64,000 bases of DNA from Heterodontus francisci (taxonomy: Eukaryota): positions 82,452,357-82,516,356 of the forward strand of contig NC_090378.1 in the NCBI RefSeq assembly GCF_036365525.1, in the 5' to 3' direction. Made by a program: the position numbers and the translations under genes. Positions 49,031 through 61,187 of the stretch are shown in pieces. The notes under the pieces were generated by a model. That model ran no database searches and was not told the origin of the DNA. It saw nothing but the letters and a program-made list of their open reading frames with translations. How positions within the stretch are numbered: position 1 is the stretch's first letter; every line of letters starts with the position of its first letter.

Positions 49031-49894
49031 CTACAAAGAGAAGTATAGTTACACTCCAAAATCTACTACAAATACATTATTTACTGAAATCCATAAGAGT
49101 AAAGAAATGAAATACAAAATGTTTGTAACACTGTTAGTGACTACACAATTACCAGTGCTTATTCTATGCTTTTTCCACATTGTGAATTTGGTCTGAAACT
49201 GACCGCTAAAAAAAGAATTGCAATTGTGTGGCTCTGTCCAGCAGCTGATCTGGAATGAATGTCTTTTTTTAAAAAGTGCAAAAATCATTCATCACATAAT
49301 AGAAATTAGATATTTTATGACTGGGGTTTCCATTGATCCATGAAACATATAGCACAATACATATTAGTTAAACGAAGAAAAATTAGTGTTCAGATTTTCC
49401 ATATTTGTGGATAATAATTTTACTATATTACGGGACTAGTTTAATTTTGTTTCATAATAATACAATTATTACGGAAGAGGAGGTTTAGGAGAAGGGCAGT
49501 ACAGCTTTAATAAATTACTCGCATTTTTATATTACTGTAAAAAAAAAGTCGTTGTAGAAGTTTACAGCAGAGAAAGCGGCCAATAAACCATTTGCACTTG
49601 GCCTGGTTCTCGGGAAAAGCTACTCGTCAGGGCAGGGGAATGGTACTTTCTCCATACACTTTCAGATTTTTCTTTTTCAGAAAGCAATCCATGTCCCTTT
49701 TAAAAGCTTTGTCGATTCTGCTTCCACTGATAAGGCATCCTAACAACACACCGCGTCATGATAACCTTAAAGTTATGCTCTCTAGTTATAGACTCACTCA
49801 CGAGTGCAAATTGTATTTCTCTATTTAACCTATCTAGTCCCTTCATACATATTGCTAACAGCACCTGTGCCAGTAACCTCTTCCAGAAATTAAT

Positions 49895-50190
49895 AGTTTC
49901 ATTACCCCACATTGCAACAGTAACTACAGTTCAAGAAGTATTTAATAGAGCAGGGATGATGTCCTGGCCAATATTTATCCTTCAATCAACATCACAAAAA
50001 CAGATTATCTAGTCATTATCACAATGCTGTTTGTGAGAGCTTGCTTTGTGCAAATTAGCTGCCATGTTTCCTACAGTACAAATTGGCTGTAAAGAACTTT
50101 GAGACGTCCGGTGGTGTTGTAAAGTGCTATATAAATGCAAGTCTTTTTTACATGCTTTGGGACATCTTGAGGTTGTGAAAAGCACTATGG
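49895..50190 (+). mobile_element. Deu-domain SINE 3' part, rearranged
   Basis: tgtcctggccaatatttatcc...aaagtgctatataaatgcaag. Confidence 0.7.
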
Positions 50191-50816
50191 CCTAAGCCCA
50201 CAGTGTAGGACATCATCAATATTGGAAAAGAGGGCAAAAGCTTAGAAAATCATGAGGTAGTAGTTGGGTTTTAAAATCATGTAGGAGAGCTGAAGGTGGT
50301 AAAGCATTCCAAAGTTTTTCTGTGAACTGTGTGATTAGTTTTCATTAAAACACAGTGAGGATGCAGGAAGGGGGACGAGCATGTAGTATGGAATATGAGT
50401 TCTTTAGGAGGAAGAGAGAAGAGGAAATTTCAGAGAAGCAATCCTTGTGGTAGTGATAAAATTGATTGCAAAGTTCTTTATCTCTTTGGATGCATCAAGC
50501 TGCATCTCCAGCTGACAGTGTGAGCCGGTCTCAGCTCCTGAGCCTCTGCCAATTCCATTGTGAAAACAGGAAAACACACTAACTGCTTGGGTGAGGTAGC
50601 TCCCTTGCTGAAAGTAAGAAGTGTTTGATCCCCATTCAGCACCTCCTCACAACGGCATGGCTGAGGTTGGTAACAACATTGGAGAATTGGAAGCGCATTG
50701 CAACTTTGCATTATTCAGCACAGTGTGTTAATAGTTCAAATGCTGTGGCACCTAAAGGACATTTTTAAATTAAATCATATTTCTACACTAAAGAAGCAGA
50801 GGTATTTTCCCCTTAC

Positions 50817-50933
50817 CTTTATGGAACTCAGGCACATAGCGATAACCACGCTGGCCACGGTGAGTCAAGAAATTGGCAAGGTTGCCACTTATTGCAATTG
50901 CAAACACCAGTGTGGCACATATCCAGAAGGGGC
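50817..50933 (-). CDS. YIPF1: YIPF1 coding exon 5 (117 nt)
   Basis: taatcag| ... g|gtaagg; GPFWICATLVFAIAISGNLANFL...YVPEFHK. Confidence 0.96.
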
Positions 50934-51349
50934 CTGATTAAGACAAATTTCAAAAAGCAAGCTCTTACTTTCTTTTTAATACCAAATAACAGGACAACAT
51001 ATTTGTGCAGTTGGATGTGCCCTCGCAATTTTCATAATTATAAGTATTACAGAACAATGATTTCTCTTTAGTTTTGAAACTTTCAAAAACTGAGTAGTCA
51101 CGGATTTTCTTCCTCTACATTTATTACTTACTTTTAAGAAGAAAAAAACTTTTATTTAATGCATACTTGTGTATATAGAGATCGATTCAACAATCATGGA
51201 TTGTAATTCTGTACACTACTTAAATACATTTTTAATTTCTGCATTTCCTGTGGGGAAGTTTGGATAAGAGGCATGACATAACAAAGTAAAATACGTTGTA
51301 ATTGAACTTATTTTTCTTTTTTTGCCTACGATTTTCTCCTCTCCCGAGC

Positions 51350-51672
51350 TCATTCCATTGCTTTTACCTCCCTACCTCCTCCAGCCATACAATCTCCAAC
51401 TCTGGATTTTTGTTTATCTCCAATTACCTTCGCCCCTACATTGGTGGCTGTGCCGTCAACCATCTCGGACCCAAGTTCTGCAATTCCTTCCCTAAACCTC
51501 TCCTCCTTTAAAAACCTGTTTAGAAATCTACCCCTTTGACCAAGCTTTTGGTCACCTGTCTTAATGTCTCCTTCTTTGGCTCAGTATCATTTTTTGTCTG
51601 ATTACCCTCCTGTGAAATGCCTTGTGTCATTTTACTTTGTTAAAGATGCTATATAGTTGCAATTTATTGTTA
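51350..51672 (+). mobile_element. L2-type LINE 3' end
   Basis: ctgcaattccttccctaaacctc...tttgaccaagcttttgg...aaagatgctatata tail, resembling the DeuSINE tail. Confidence 0.6.
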
Positions 51673-51805
51673 TCAGCACATAAGACTAAGGGCAACTCCA
51701 GGACCTCTGCTGCTGCCCTAGCAATGGCCAAACTCAGGCCCAGCACCTTCCTGGTCTGCATGGCTTGTTTCTGCACCTTTGACCGCATCACCTACCCAGA
51801 CATAA

Positions 51806-51988
51806 AATAAAAGCAAAATACTGCAGATGCTGGAAAGCTCAAATAAAAATAGAAAATGCTGGAAATTCTCAGCAGGTCTGGCAGCATCTGTGGAAAGAGG
51901 AACAGACCTGAAACGTTAACTGTTTTTCTCTCTCAACAGATGTTGCCACACCTACTGAGTATTTCCAGCACTTTCTGTTTTTATTTCA
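51806..51988. mobile_element. Penelope-like inverted-repeat remnant
   Basis: Two opposed copies of the gctggaaa...cagcatctgtgga repeat around gacctgaaacgttaac. Confidence 0.7.
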
Positions 51989-52252
51989 CCTACTCAGACA
52001 TTGGGGAGCTCATAAGTAAATTTTTAACTTGAGAAATTCAATAACATTTCTGTATCCAGGTTTAAATTTTATTTCTAGAAAATATACTAAACTGAGATTT
52101 ACTGGGCCAAATACTTACTACATTCCTATTCAGCATTAAAAAATTCAGTTCATGTATGCTATATGATAGAAAGGATTTGTTTTGAAAGCAAAAAAAGGGC
52201 ATTCAGTACTCATGTGGTTTACTTTAAAACAAATAGCAATTCTTTTCTATTA

Positions 52253-52363
<111 letters not shown>

Positions 52364-52489
52364 CTATTATGCAAAGAACAAAATGACAAATTCATCTAAT
52401 TGAAATATTATTTCCATATCAGTGTTTCAACCCTGCTAATTATGTTGTTAGTGAAAGGTTGTTAAAAAGAGTGAATCTGATCCCTGGTT

Positions 52490-52750
52490 ACTGCCAAGTT
52501 AGCTGATTTCAGACATAACAGCAGTTGGGGCACGACATTTGTGCAAAGCTGGGGAAATAAATAAGCTGAGATTCCCTTTCCTGATCACTGCCTGTTTGCA
52601 CGTGCACATGTATGCACATTGGGTGGGACAGGATCAGATTGATGCCCACCACAGTGCAACACTCTGCTGACACTCACTGTGAGAATCACACACAAGGAAT
52701 GGTCATTTGGGTGAGGTACCAGAAGGTTGCTAGCACCCATAGAGCCAAAC
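52490..52750 (+). mobile_element. Old dispersed SINE-like repeat, unclassified; related copies near 1530-1640, 31240-31500(-), 39330-39600(-), 55490-55780, 61550-61860
   Basis: Recurrent agttagctgat(c/t)tcag...ggacaggat...gatgcc...cactcactgt...ggtca(t/c)ttgg motif string. Confidence 0.6.
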
Positions 52751-52883
52751 CACAATACAAATCAGTGCCTACATGCGTAGGATGGGAGAAAAGGAGAGAA
52801 TAAAAATATATATTAGTTACAATATTCCCATTTTTATTAAAGATCACATAATGCCTGGTGGAGAAACTAAACCCTGTGCCTAC

Positions 52884-52964
52884 CTGGTAGGTGTCCACAT
52901 CAAAAAATGTTTGATAATAGTCAAATGTCCAAAAGGGGGCACTCTTCTTTTGGCCTGCAAGCAA
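52884..52964 (-). CDS. YIPF1: YIPF1 coding exon 3 (81 nt)
   Basis: ccacag| ... cag|gtaggc; LLAGQKKSAPFWTFDYYQTFFDVDTYQ. Confidence 0.96.
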
Positions 52965-53492
52965 CTGTGGAGAAAAAATGTAATGGCAAACTTGGTCACA
53001 AATATTCTAATTGTGATCAGCTTTTCTTTGCAAAAAAATGCCAATTTTTGCAAGTAAATACAAATAGGAGAGCTGTATTGCTACACAGCTGAAGTCATAA
53101 CTCAAACTAAATTTCCAATCAACAATATAATGGTTCTTCCTCCCAAATAACTGAACAGAAAAAGAAGCATGATTCATTTCTTCCATAACGCGTAAGGGAA
53201 TCAAACAACTAGATGGAAAAACAAACTAATAAAAGACCACTGGAACATGCAATATAACAGGGTAGAAAAGATAATTGAATGTGTTTCTGGAGTGAAATTA
53301 CAGTGAGGGTTTCAGTGTTAAGGTGGACAGGTGGGGTTGATCAGTGTAAAAGGATGGAATTGTTAGGTCTAACAAACTTTTTCTATTCCTGAAATTCAAA
53401 TGTTTTTGTATAATAGATAATATAATAATTTTATATTTTGAGATAAACATAAATCTACCTTCTTGTGCATTTGCCATTATAAAGTTGCTCAC

Positions 53493-53656
53493 CTCTGCTT
53501 TATCAGAGTCTTCATTCCCCAGTAAATCTTCGTCCTCATCTCTTCCCACCTCGCCTGATCGGCCTCTCTGATTTTTAGGTTTATCATTGGTGTCTGTGAT
53601 GCTTATTGTTGTGGCGTCGGGATTTGCTGCCAGTAGGTTTGTGGCATCATTAAACT
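53493..53656 (-). CDS. YIPF1: YIPF1 coding exon 2 (164 nt)
   Basis: catag| ... gag|gtgagc; EFNDATNLLAANPDATTISI...LLGNEDSDKAE. Confidence 0.95.
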
Positions 53657-54055
53657 CTATGTAAAGCACACAAATGAGCAAAAGAATATCAAATATTACA
53701 AACCATTTGACCTCTCTAATCGCTGCTGGAAAATTAGACTATGCTAAAGGCACTATATAACTGCAAGATGTTGCTGTATATAAATGAAGCAGATTGAATT
53801 AAGAAAATTAATGGAGCAGTGGGCTCTCAAAACAAATACTGAATTAATGGAGGAAGGCACCAGTGAATTAATTCTTATCTTTGCTGTCACTGTTCTGTGC
53901 CCCTATAGCCACTAACTAGCTTTCACCCATTTCACCAGCAGCTTTCAAAGCACCTTGCATTTATCAACAATAAAGCTTCCAATATTTGAGTTAAAAAGAG
54001 GGGTTTAGTTTGCTAAAGCATCTAACTACTATATAACTGTAGAGTATAAGGAACA

Positions 54056-54363
54056 GGGTGGCACAGAGGTTAGCACCGCAGCCTCACAGCTCCAGGGACC
54101 CGGGTTCGATTCTGGGTACTGCCTGTGCGGAGTTTGCAAGTTCTCCCTGTGTCTGCATGGGTTTTCGCCGGGTGCTCCGGTTTCCTCCCACATCCAAAAG
54201 ACTTGCAGGTGATAGGTAAATTGGCTGTTGTAAATTGCCCCTAGTGTAGGGAGGTGATAGGGAATATGGGATTACTGTAGGATTAGTATAAATGGGTGGT
54301 TGTTGGTCGGCACAGACTCGGTGGGCCGAAGGGCCTGTTTCAGTGCTGTATCTCTCAATAAAT
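54056..54363 (+). mobile_element. HE1-like V-SINE (tRNA head, V core, CR1-derived tail)
   Basis: A box tggcacagagg, B box ggttcgattct, core ggagtttgca...gggtgctccggtttcctcccaca, tail gggccgaagggcctgt shared with 45064-45079. Confidence 0.88.
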
Positions 54364-54979
54364 ACTTATAAAGAATATCAGCTCTTTAAAAGTTAGAATG
54401 GGGGGGGGGAGCAGTGGAAACAGGCGGATTGGAGGGTGATTAGATCATGGCCTGAAGTCAGGTGATCAGAAATGAGGTGAGCAATTACCCCAAAAAATGG
54501 GCAAGGTAGTTTCAGTTGCCCCAATTATTATGTGAACAACCCAAAGATCATGTTTTAAACACTCAATAAACAGCGAGAAGAAAATGAAGATCAGGTAAAG
54601 AAAATAAAAACAGCAGATGGGTCTGAATGAGTGACGAATTGTTCTCTGTACTGTACTACCATACTCTCCATTAATTCAGAAGTTTTCAAAAACAAAGAAG
54701 GTTGATAATGTTGATCCAGACAATCTTTTCCTCCTGTTGAAGGATTAAAAAGTAAGGAACATCATTTAAAATGTAGGAGTAAGAAAGGAGGGAAGGTTGA
54801 ACTGTTTCCCATAAAGATAACAGACATATGAAGGAAGGCCTTTGAAGCAAATTATATAAACAGCTTCAGAAGATAACTAAATATGATTTGAGTAAGAGGG
54901 CTTAGACAGTTATCATGAGGTGACAAAAAACAGGAGCAAATATCACTGCATTCAAAAAATAATCACAATATTCAATTAC

Positions 54980-55010
54980 CTTGAAATTGTAAATCATCTG
55001 CCGCTGCCAT
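54980..55010 (-). CDS. YIPF1: YIPF1 first coding exon (CDS part)
   Basis: ATG GCA GCG GCA GAT GAT TTA CAA TTT CAA G|gtaatt = MAAADDLQFQ(E), cf. human MAAVDDLQFEE. Confidence 0.92.
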
Positions 55011-56429
55011 TCACTTGATAGTTCTAACAATCAAATGATCATAAAAAATTTGTTTGCAAAATAAAAATACCGTCACGTTGAGTTTCAGCCCAGATGACAC
55101 CTCACTCAGATCATTATAAAATTTCTCTGTAACAAGAAGCATGGAAATATTTCCCATCATAAAATATCCCAAGTAATATGTATAAAAATATCCAAAAGTA
55201 ACATCACACAAGTTAATACAAAAATTATCTGTTACATAAATTGGCAATAAAAAACACATAGATTCATATTTTAACATATTGTTCCCATGCTGTGCACGAG
55301 CTAAAATTATTTTTAGCTTCAAGATGTCTTTACAAAGCATACATTACATTGCTGATATCCTGATAACATATTAGATTAAGCAGACTTATAGTTAAGCACG
55401 CAACACACCATTTGAGTATTGGCTCCCGCAATGTCTATTATGGCTCAGCTGTACAGATCAAAAATGTCACTGGTTCTAACCCTGGGCTGTTAAATTAACC
55501 AGTCTCAGTTGGGCAGCAGAGAAGTGCCAAGATTGACTTCACTGCCCATAGTTTGGGAAAAGAAAAATGCCACCCCTGATCCTTATACCAGTGACCCTTG
55601 CTATAACTGCACGTGTGGGAGATGAGGACAAGATTCAGCTCAGCTGTGATGCCTTCACTGTCAAACAGCCCATCAACAGTTACTGTCCAAGCTCTCACAT
55701 GTGGAGCAACCACTTGGGTAAGTAACTGGAGTGCAAGTGGCACTATTGGAATGGTACACTGGCAAAGGAGTCACTGCCCTTATGAGAACAGAGAAAATTG
55801 GCAAAAAAATATAATTCAGTATAACAAGCCACCACAATATACCTAATCTAAGCTGAATGATTTTACTGGACGTTTTGAAAGCATTAACCCTGGCTGGTAC
55901 TACAGCAATGGCAGAATGATTGTCGGATCTCGATGAATGACCTGGATTTTTTTAGGAGACAAAAAAAATTATGGCATAAGACCTTCAGCCTGGTAAAACC
56001 AGATAGTACAAGTGGTCAAAGATTGTTTATGGGAAATTCGTGTGGCTGACATCTGCCTGTCTCCGGTGTTGTTACTCTACTTAGAACTGGAAGACTCCAG
56101 TCTTCCACGAGAGAACCTAGCCTTTAAAGATATTAAGTGGAATCATGAATGTCAAGTAGGCTTGATTTAAAGGTTAGAATTTTAACCCAAGTGTTAAACT
56201 TTTTGAAGGCATTACCAAAGGTAAATCAATATCACTCCAGGGAAGGGAGTAGAAAAGGGCCTTTTTTTGCAATCGCAGATTCCCATCCCTCCTTCTCACC
56301 AGGTCCAGTGGTTTAATGTGGACCACTTTATTATCGCCATTTGGATGACCTAATAGTGAATGTGCCTTTGGACAGACTGTCTGTTAATGGCCCAATCCTG
56401 GGCTGAAGGTTGCCAGGGAGAACCACTCA

Positions 56430-57100
56430 TCGCCAACTGTACACCAGGACCGTCCAACGGAGCAGCTTCTAGAAGTACTGAGGCGGCGGGTGGTTACTAT
56501 GGTGATCATTACCCCCTACACCCATTACTATGGAAAAGGTCGAGTTCCTCTGCGTTGGCATGCAGACAAGCCTAGGCCCAGGCCTCCCTCACCGCGGGCT
56601 CAGGGCCGGCCCCTCCGGGCAGCGGCCTGTGTTACCCACCCGTTATATCCGGTTCCGGCTCCGGGGGCTAATCCGAAGCCACAGCGACCCTTATTAAAGG
56701 GGCTGTCACTCCCGCAGACTTTAATACGCCGACAGATACCCTAACCGACCTTCCCCAGATCCCTGCACTTCACCGCCCAGGCTGTGTCGCACACATTGCT
56801 GATCCAGTTAATTTGTTTTTGCATTGTTTTGAATTGACCAAGGGCAGCGTTAAGGCAGCTGACGACACAAGTATTTTCTTTGGACACCACAGTTTTACTC
56901 ACTTCAGTTATATTTGGTATTCCACTCAATACATTGTTTTATCTGCATCAAATGAATTCCAGTTTTCACCTCAATATCTGGGAGGTCATCCAGAGCTTCC
57001 GCAGAATTAGCTTTCACGGAAATGATGTAGGCACAATTGAAACGTGAACATTTTTGGTGAACATCGGCAGAGCGCAGCTGCAAGGAGTCTTCCACGAATA
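56430..57100. promoter_or_regulatory. CpG-rich bidirectional promoter region between YIPF1 (-) and DIO1 (+), probably including a non-coding YIPF1 exon 1
   Basis: Local GC/CpG enrichment at about 56560-56790, CCGGAA (ETS-type) on the minus strand near 56655, minus-strand donor candidates at 56639 (gtgggt) and 56592 (gtgagg); genes diverge from here. Confidence 0.7.
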
Positions 57101-57430
57101 TGGGCAAACTGGCTGTGTACGTGGAGACTTTTGCCTTGTTGGTGTTTGTTTGTGTGCTGACATTTATAGGCAAAATTATGATGATCCCCTTTCCTGAAAT
57201 GGTGAAGAAGTTCGTGCTGAAAGTTGGGTTGAAAAGCACCATGACTCAAAACCCAAAGTTCAAATATGAAGACTGGGGACCCACATTCTTCAGTTTGCGC
57301 TTTGTGAAGATCGTGTTTAAGCACTTACTGATAAATTGTGGAGATGAAGCTTTTAAGGGTTCATCTGCTCCCAATACACGGGTCATTGACTTGGAGAATA
57401 AAGAACATAAAGTACTTGATTTCTTGAAAG
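57100..57430 (+). CDS. DIO1: Type I iodothyronine deiodinase, coding exon 1
   Basis: N-terminal hydrophobic anchor, MTQNPKFKYEDWGPTFFS and GSSAPN motifs; aaag|gtatgt donor, phase 1. Confidence 0.95.
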
Positions 57431-58341
57431 GTATGTATGAATTCCCTTAGCATTAAAGGTAAGTGGTGATAATAGGAATTCTTCTGAAAACAGTAATATG
57501 CTCAGGGTAATGGGGTTTTTGGAGTTCAGAAAATGTATTTAACCTATTCTGTGTAATCCGTGATTTAAAAATGTGACTGGATCCCTTGATGGTAAAAGCA
57601 CAATATGATTGCGGGAATGAATCCGCAAATGTGCTGGGATAAATCTGTATTGAGTTAGCTGCGGAAGCGTATTTAACGATTTTTAAAAATGATTTACGGT
57701 AAACCAATTTTACACAAATTCTGCATAAATAACTTATGTAAGTGTGCCCCGCCCGAGCTTCTGTTATCTTAACGAAGTGCAGCTGTCTGAGGAATTTTGT
57801 TATCCGCCATCAGTTTGATGTAATTCGAGCAAATACGCCCACAGCGTACAACTTTTCAAAAACAGATTGGATCTCACTGGTGTTTAGCAATCAAGCATAC
57901 AATGCTGAACTTTGGTCCAGGACTATGTGCTGAGGGACACGCTAAAACTTAAGACAGCCACTGCAAAGGCTCAATGGGGAAAGGTTGCTGTGTAACGCCC
58001 GCCGAAGTATAGAGGGGTTGGAACCCATGTAAAACCCCTGGGGCTGTATGTACCAGAAAATGTTTGATGTGTAATGTAAATGTACATTGTAAATATAACT
58101 TGAAATGGCAAGTGTGGTGAGACACCTCATGTACTGTATCGAAAGTAACTGACTTGTTATGTAATGTAGTTTTACAAATTTCACTCTCTAAATAAAGTGA
58201 AAGATGATGTGGGTGACCGCCACAGTGCAGGAGCGAGTGTGGGCCAGACCTGCACCACAGAGCACCTTGTATCTGATAACCAGTTTCTTGGGTGCAATGG
58301 AGATGGAATGCCCAGTAGGCTAATAAACATATAGCAGAAAG

Positions 58342-58540
58342 CAAGAAATGCTGGAACCACTCAGCAGGTCTGGCAGCATCTGTGGAAAGAGAAGCAGAGT
58401 TAACGTTTCGGGTCAGTGACCCTTCTTCGGAACGTTAACTCTGCTTCTCTTTCCACAGATGCTGCCAGACCTGCTGAGTGGTTCCAGCATTTCTTGTTTT
58501 TATTTCAGATTTCCAGCATCTGTAGTATTTTGCTTTTATT
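58342..58540. mobile_element. Penelope-like perfect inverted repeat (66-bp arms, 23-nt loop) in DIO1 intron 1
   Basis: 58342-58407 is the exact reverse complement of 58431-58496; the loop holds the hammerhead stem II. Confidence 0.85.
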
Positions 58541-58643
58541 ATATAGCAGAAAGCTCTCTTCATGGATACATGCACTGTGGTACAAAGCCTTACAAGAATA
58601 TCCCAGATCTGTGCATGATACACTTGTAAGTCAAGATAACATA

Positions 58644-59542
58644 TGTTACCCTCATGTAAAGTGCAGCAATTGAAAATACAAGACTCAACCTGAAGAGTTA
58701 TAAAAATGGACTTTTTAAAAGTGGACAATGTGCTTCAAAATGGCCACTGAAGGTCAAAAGACCTGGCCTTGTATATTCAAACTGTCCACTATCTGGCAAG
58801 GACAGAAGGATAGATTCCAAAGTTATGAGGTGTCAATTACACCCATCTTGAACCCAAGACATATTTGAATTGAATGGGTTCTTCTGAAACAAAGGTGTGA
58901 AGTAGCCACATCCTGGGTCATTGTTGGTCACCATAGGGAGGAAGATCTGCGCTTCCCAACAGAGACGAGATATGAAATACTTTTAGTTTAAAAGGTATAT
59001 CTCGAGAGAGAGAGAGAGAGACCCAGGACAAAACATCACCAAAGCCTGTCCAGCTGAGAGCTGGGAGAAAATCCAGCAAGCCAAATGGAAGGTGCCCTGC
59101 TGTGAATTCTATATTTCAACTTGTGCAGTAGAACATTAGAAGTGATCCCTTAGACTGAAATGTTCAACCTTCAGAGAAATCCACAAACACACCAGGCCTG
59201 CAATGTTAGAGAAATTGACCTGCCAGAAGATTCAACAGGTTTACTGTGAACCCTACCTCACTTCAAACCACTTACCCCATTCCCTCTCTATCTGTCTCCT
59301 CTTGCGTATGTGTGCACGCGAGTGAATGCATGAGTGGGTGCAGTTGCAACAATTTTGGAATAAGGCATATTGCTCAATAAGTAATTTTCTGTTTTAAATC
59401 TACAAGAAAACCTGTCGCTGTCTGTTTATTTGACAAATAAAACACAAAGGGGTTAAAACCCTAATAACAAAAACACTTGCTGTAGTCAGGTGGGAGTTGA
59501 ACAGTGGAGACCACCCACACTCCTTGCCATGTGGCCGTAACA
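58644..59542 (+). mobile_element. Solo LTR (899 bp) in DIO1 intron 1
   Basis: TGTTAC...GTAACA inverted termini; flanks CATA/CACA (4-bp TSD with one mismatch); AATAAA near 59436. Confidence 0.72.
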
Positions 59543-59741
59543 CACATTCAGCTGTGGTTTGGTCACTTTGGAGGCGTTACTATTTGGTCTTTTTGACTCT
59601 ATTCTGGATATATGTATATTTGTATTTATAGAATCATACAAAACTAAAGGAGGACATTTGCCCAGCAAGCTTGTATTGACTCTTTGAAAGAACTATCCAA
59701 TTAATTCTACGCCTCTGTACTTTCCCCATGGCCCTGATTCT

Positions 59742-60266
59742 CTCCCCCCTCACCCCCCCCTCCTCCTCCTCCCCTCACCCCCCCCTCCTCCTCCTCCCCT
59801 CACCCCCCCTCCTCCTCCTCCCCTCACCCCCCCTCCTCCTCCTCCCCTCACCCCCCCCCTCCTCCTCCCCTCACCCCCCCCTCCTCCTCCCCTCACCCCC
59901 CCCCCTCCTCCCCTCACCCCCCCTCCTCCTCCTCCCCTCACCCCCCCTCCTCCTCCTCCCCTCACCCCCCCTCCTCCTCCTCCCCTCACCCCCCCTCCTC
60001 CTCCTCCCCTCACCCCCCCTCCTCCTCCTCCCCTCACCCCCCCTCCTCCTCCTCCCCTCACCCCCCCTCCTCCTCCTCCCCTCACCCCCCCTCCTCCTCC
60101 TCCCCTCACCCCCCCTCCTCCTCCTCCCCTCACCCCCCCTCCCCCTCCTCCCCTCACCCCCTCCTCCCCTCACCCCCCCCTCCCCCTCCTCCCCCCCTCA
60201 CCCCCTCCTCCCCTCACCCCCCCCTCCTCCTCCTCCCCTCACCCCCCCTCCTCCCCCTCCCCTCCC
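59742..60266 (+). repeat. C-rich 24-bp minisatellite (cccctcaccccccctcctcctcct)n inside a CR1 tail fragment
   Basis: About 20 units, homogeneous centre and degenerate edges; gives spurious (LLLLPSPP)n and (GGGGGGVR)n ORFs. Confidence 0.95.
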
Positions 60267-61043
60267 TTTTTCAAGTACATATCCAATTCCCTTTTAAAAA
60301 TTACTGATGAATCTACTACCCTACACTTTCAGGCAATGCATTCCAGATCATGACAACTTGCTGCAGAAAATAAAATCTCATCTCGCCTCTGGTTCCTTTG
60401 TCAATATTGTAATTCACATTGACAAAATTCTTTAAATAAAAAGATGAAAAAAATTCCTTTTATTGTTCTTCCGTTGCAGTGTTTTATCATGCATTATTTT
60501 CATGGTATACAGCTTGCGGAATTTGGTGTGGTAGATAAAGTATGTTTAGGAGTTGTATGTGGACTGCTCTTATTGTTACTAGTCAAGTGAATCACACTGA
60601 ATAATAATCATTCTTTATTCTTCTACAATATTTTATTTATAATTTACAATTACTCTTTACTTCAGCATAAACAATTTACAAGCAGAGCAGTTAGAACACA
60701 ATTTAACATAGGCATGCATTTATCTCTTTGTATTACCTATAAAAAGAAAATGCTTATATTTATCCACTATTTTCCCCTAGCAAACTAGAACTTTTTTCCT
60801 TCTCTCCGGATTGATCATGTCACTGCACATTGCCTTATATGGTAATCCCTTCCTTAATTCTGAGTAAACATCAGTACATGCTTATCCACACTGATGTCTG
60901 TTCAGCACACCTCAGCAACTTTTCTGTTGTTGCAACCTTGAACAGACTAGCTGACAGCATTATTTTCATCATGTTGCTAGGCTGACCTTGAACTCAATTC
61001 ATCTTGTGTATCAACACTCATAGATTTTTTTTTTTCTCTCTAG

Positions 61044-61187
61044 ATAACAGACCACTGGTGTTGAATTTTGGAAGCTGCTCCTGACCCCCATTTCTTTTCA
61101 AATTTCATGAGTTCAAGCAGCTCGTCAAAGATTTTACCTCTGTAGCCGATTTCCTAATTGTCTACATTCAGGAGGCGCATGCCACAG
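61044..61187 (+). CDS. DIO1: DIO1 exon 2 with in-frame selenocysteine TGA (61082-61084)
   Basis: tctctag| ... ag|gtacaa, 144 nt; [21 protein letters not shown]...[13 protein letters not shown]; missed by the ORF track because of the TGA. Confidence 0.97.

Noticed and set aside
55011-55126. Two tiny uORFs (ATG ATC TGA; ATG ATC ATT TGA) in the YIPF1 leader
   Set aside because: The exon's acceptor is ambiguous, so they may be intronic
56983-56998. AGGTCA-tcca-GAGCTT as a DR4 thyroid response element for DIO1
   Set aside because: Only one good half-site; expected by chance
59728-60297. Pro/Leu- and Gly/Arg-rich ORFs of 100-189 aa
   Set aside because: Translations of the 24-bp minisatellite; no splice or start context
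61082-61084. TGA as a pseudogenising stop in DIO1
   Set aside because: It is at the conserved selenocysteine position and the flanking exons are intact
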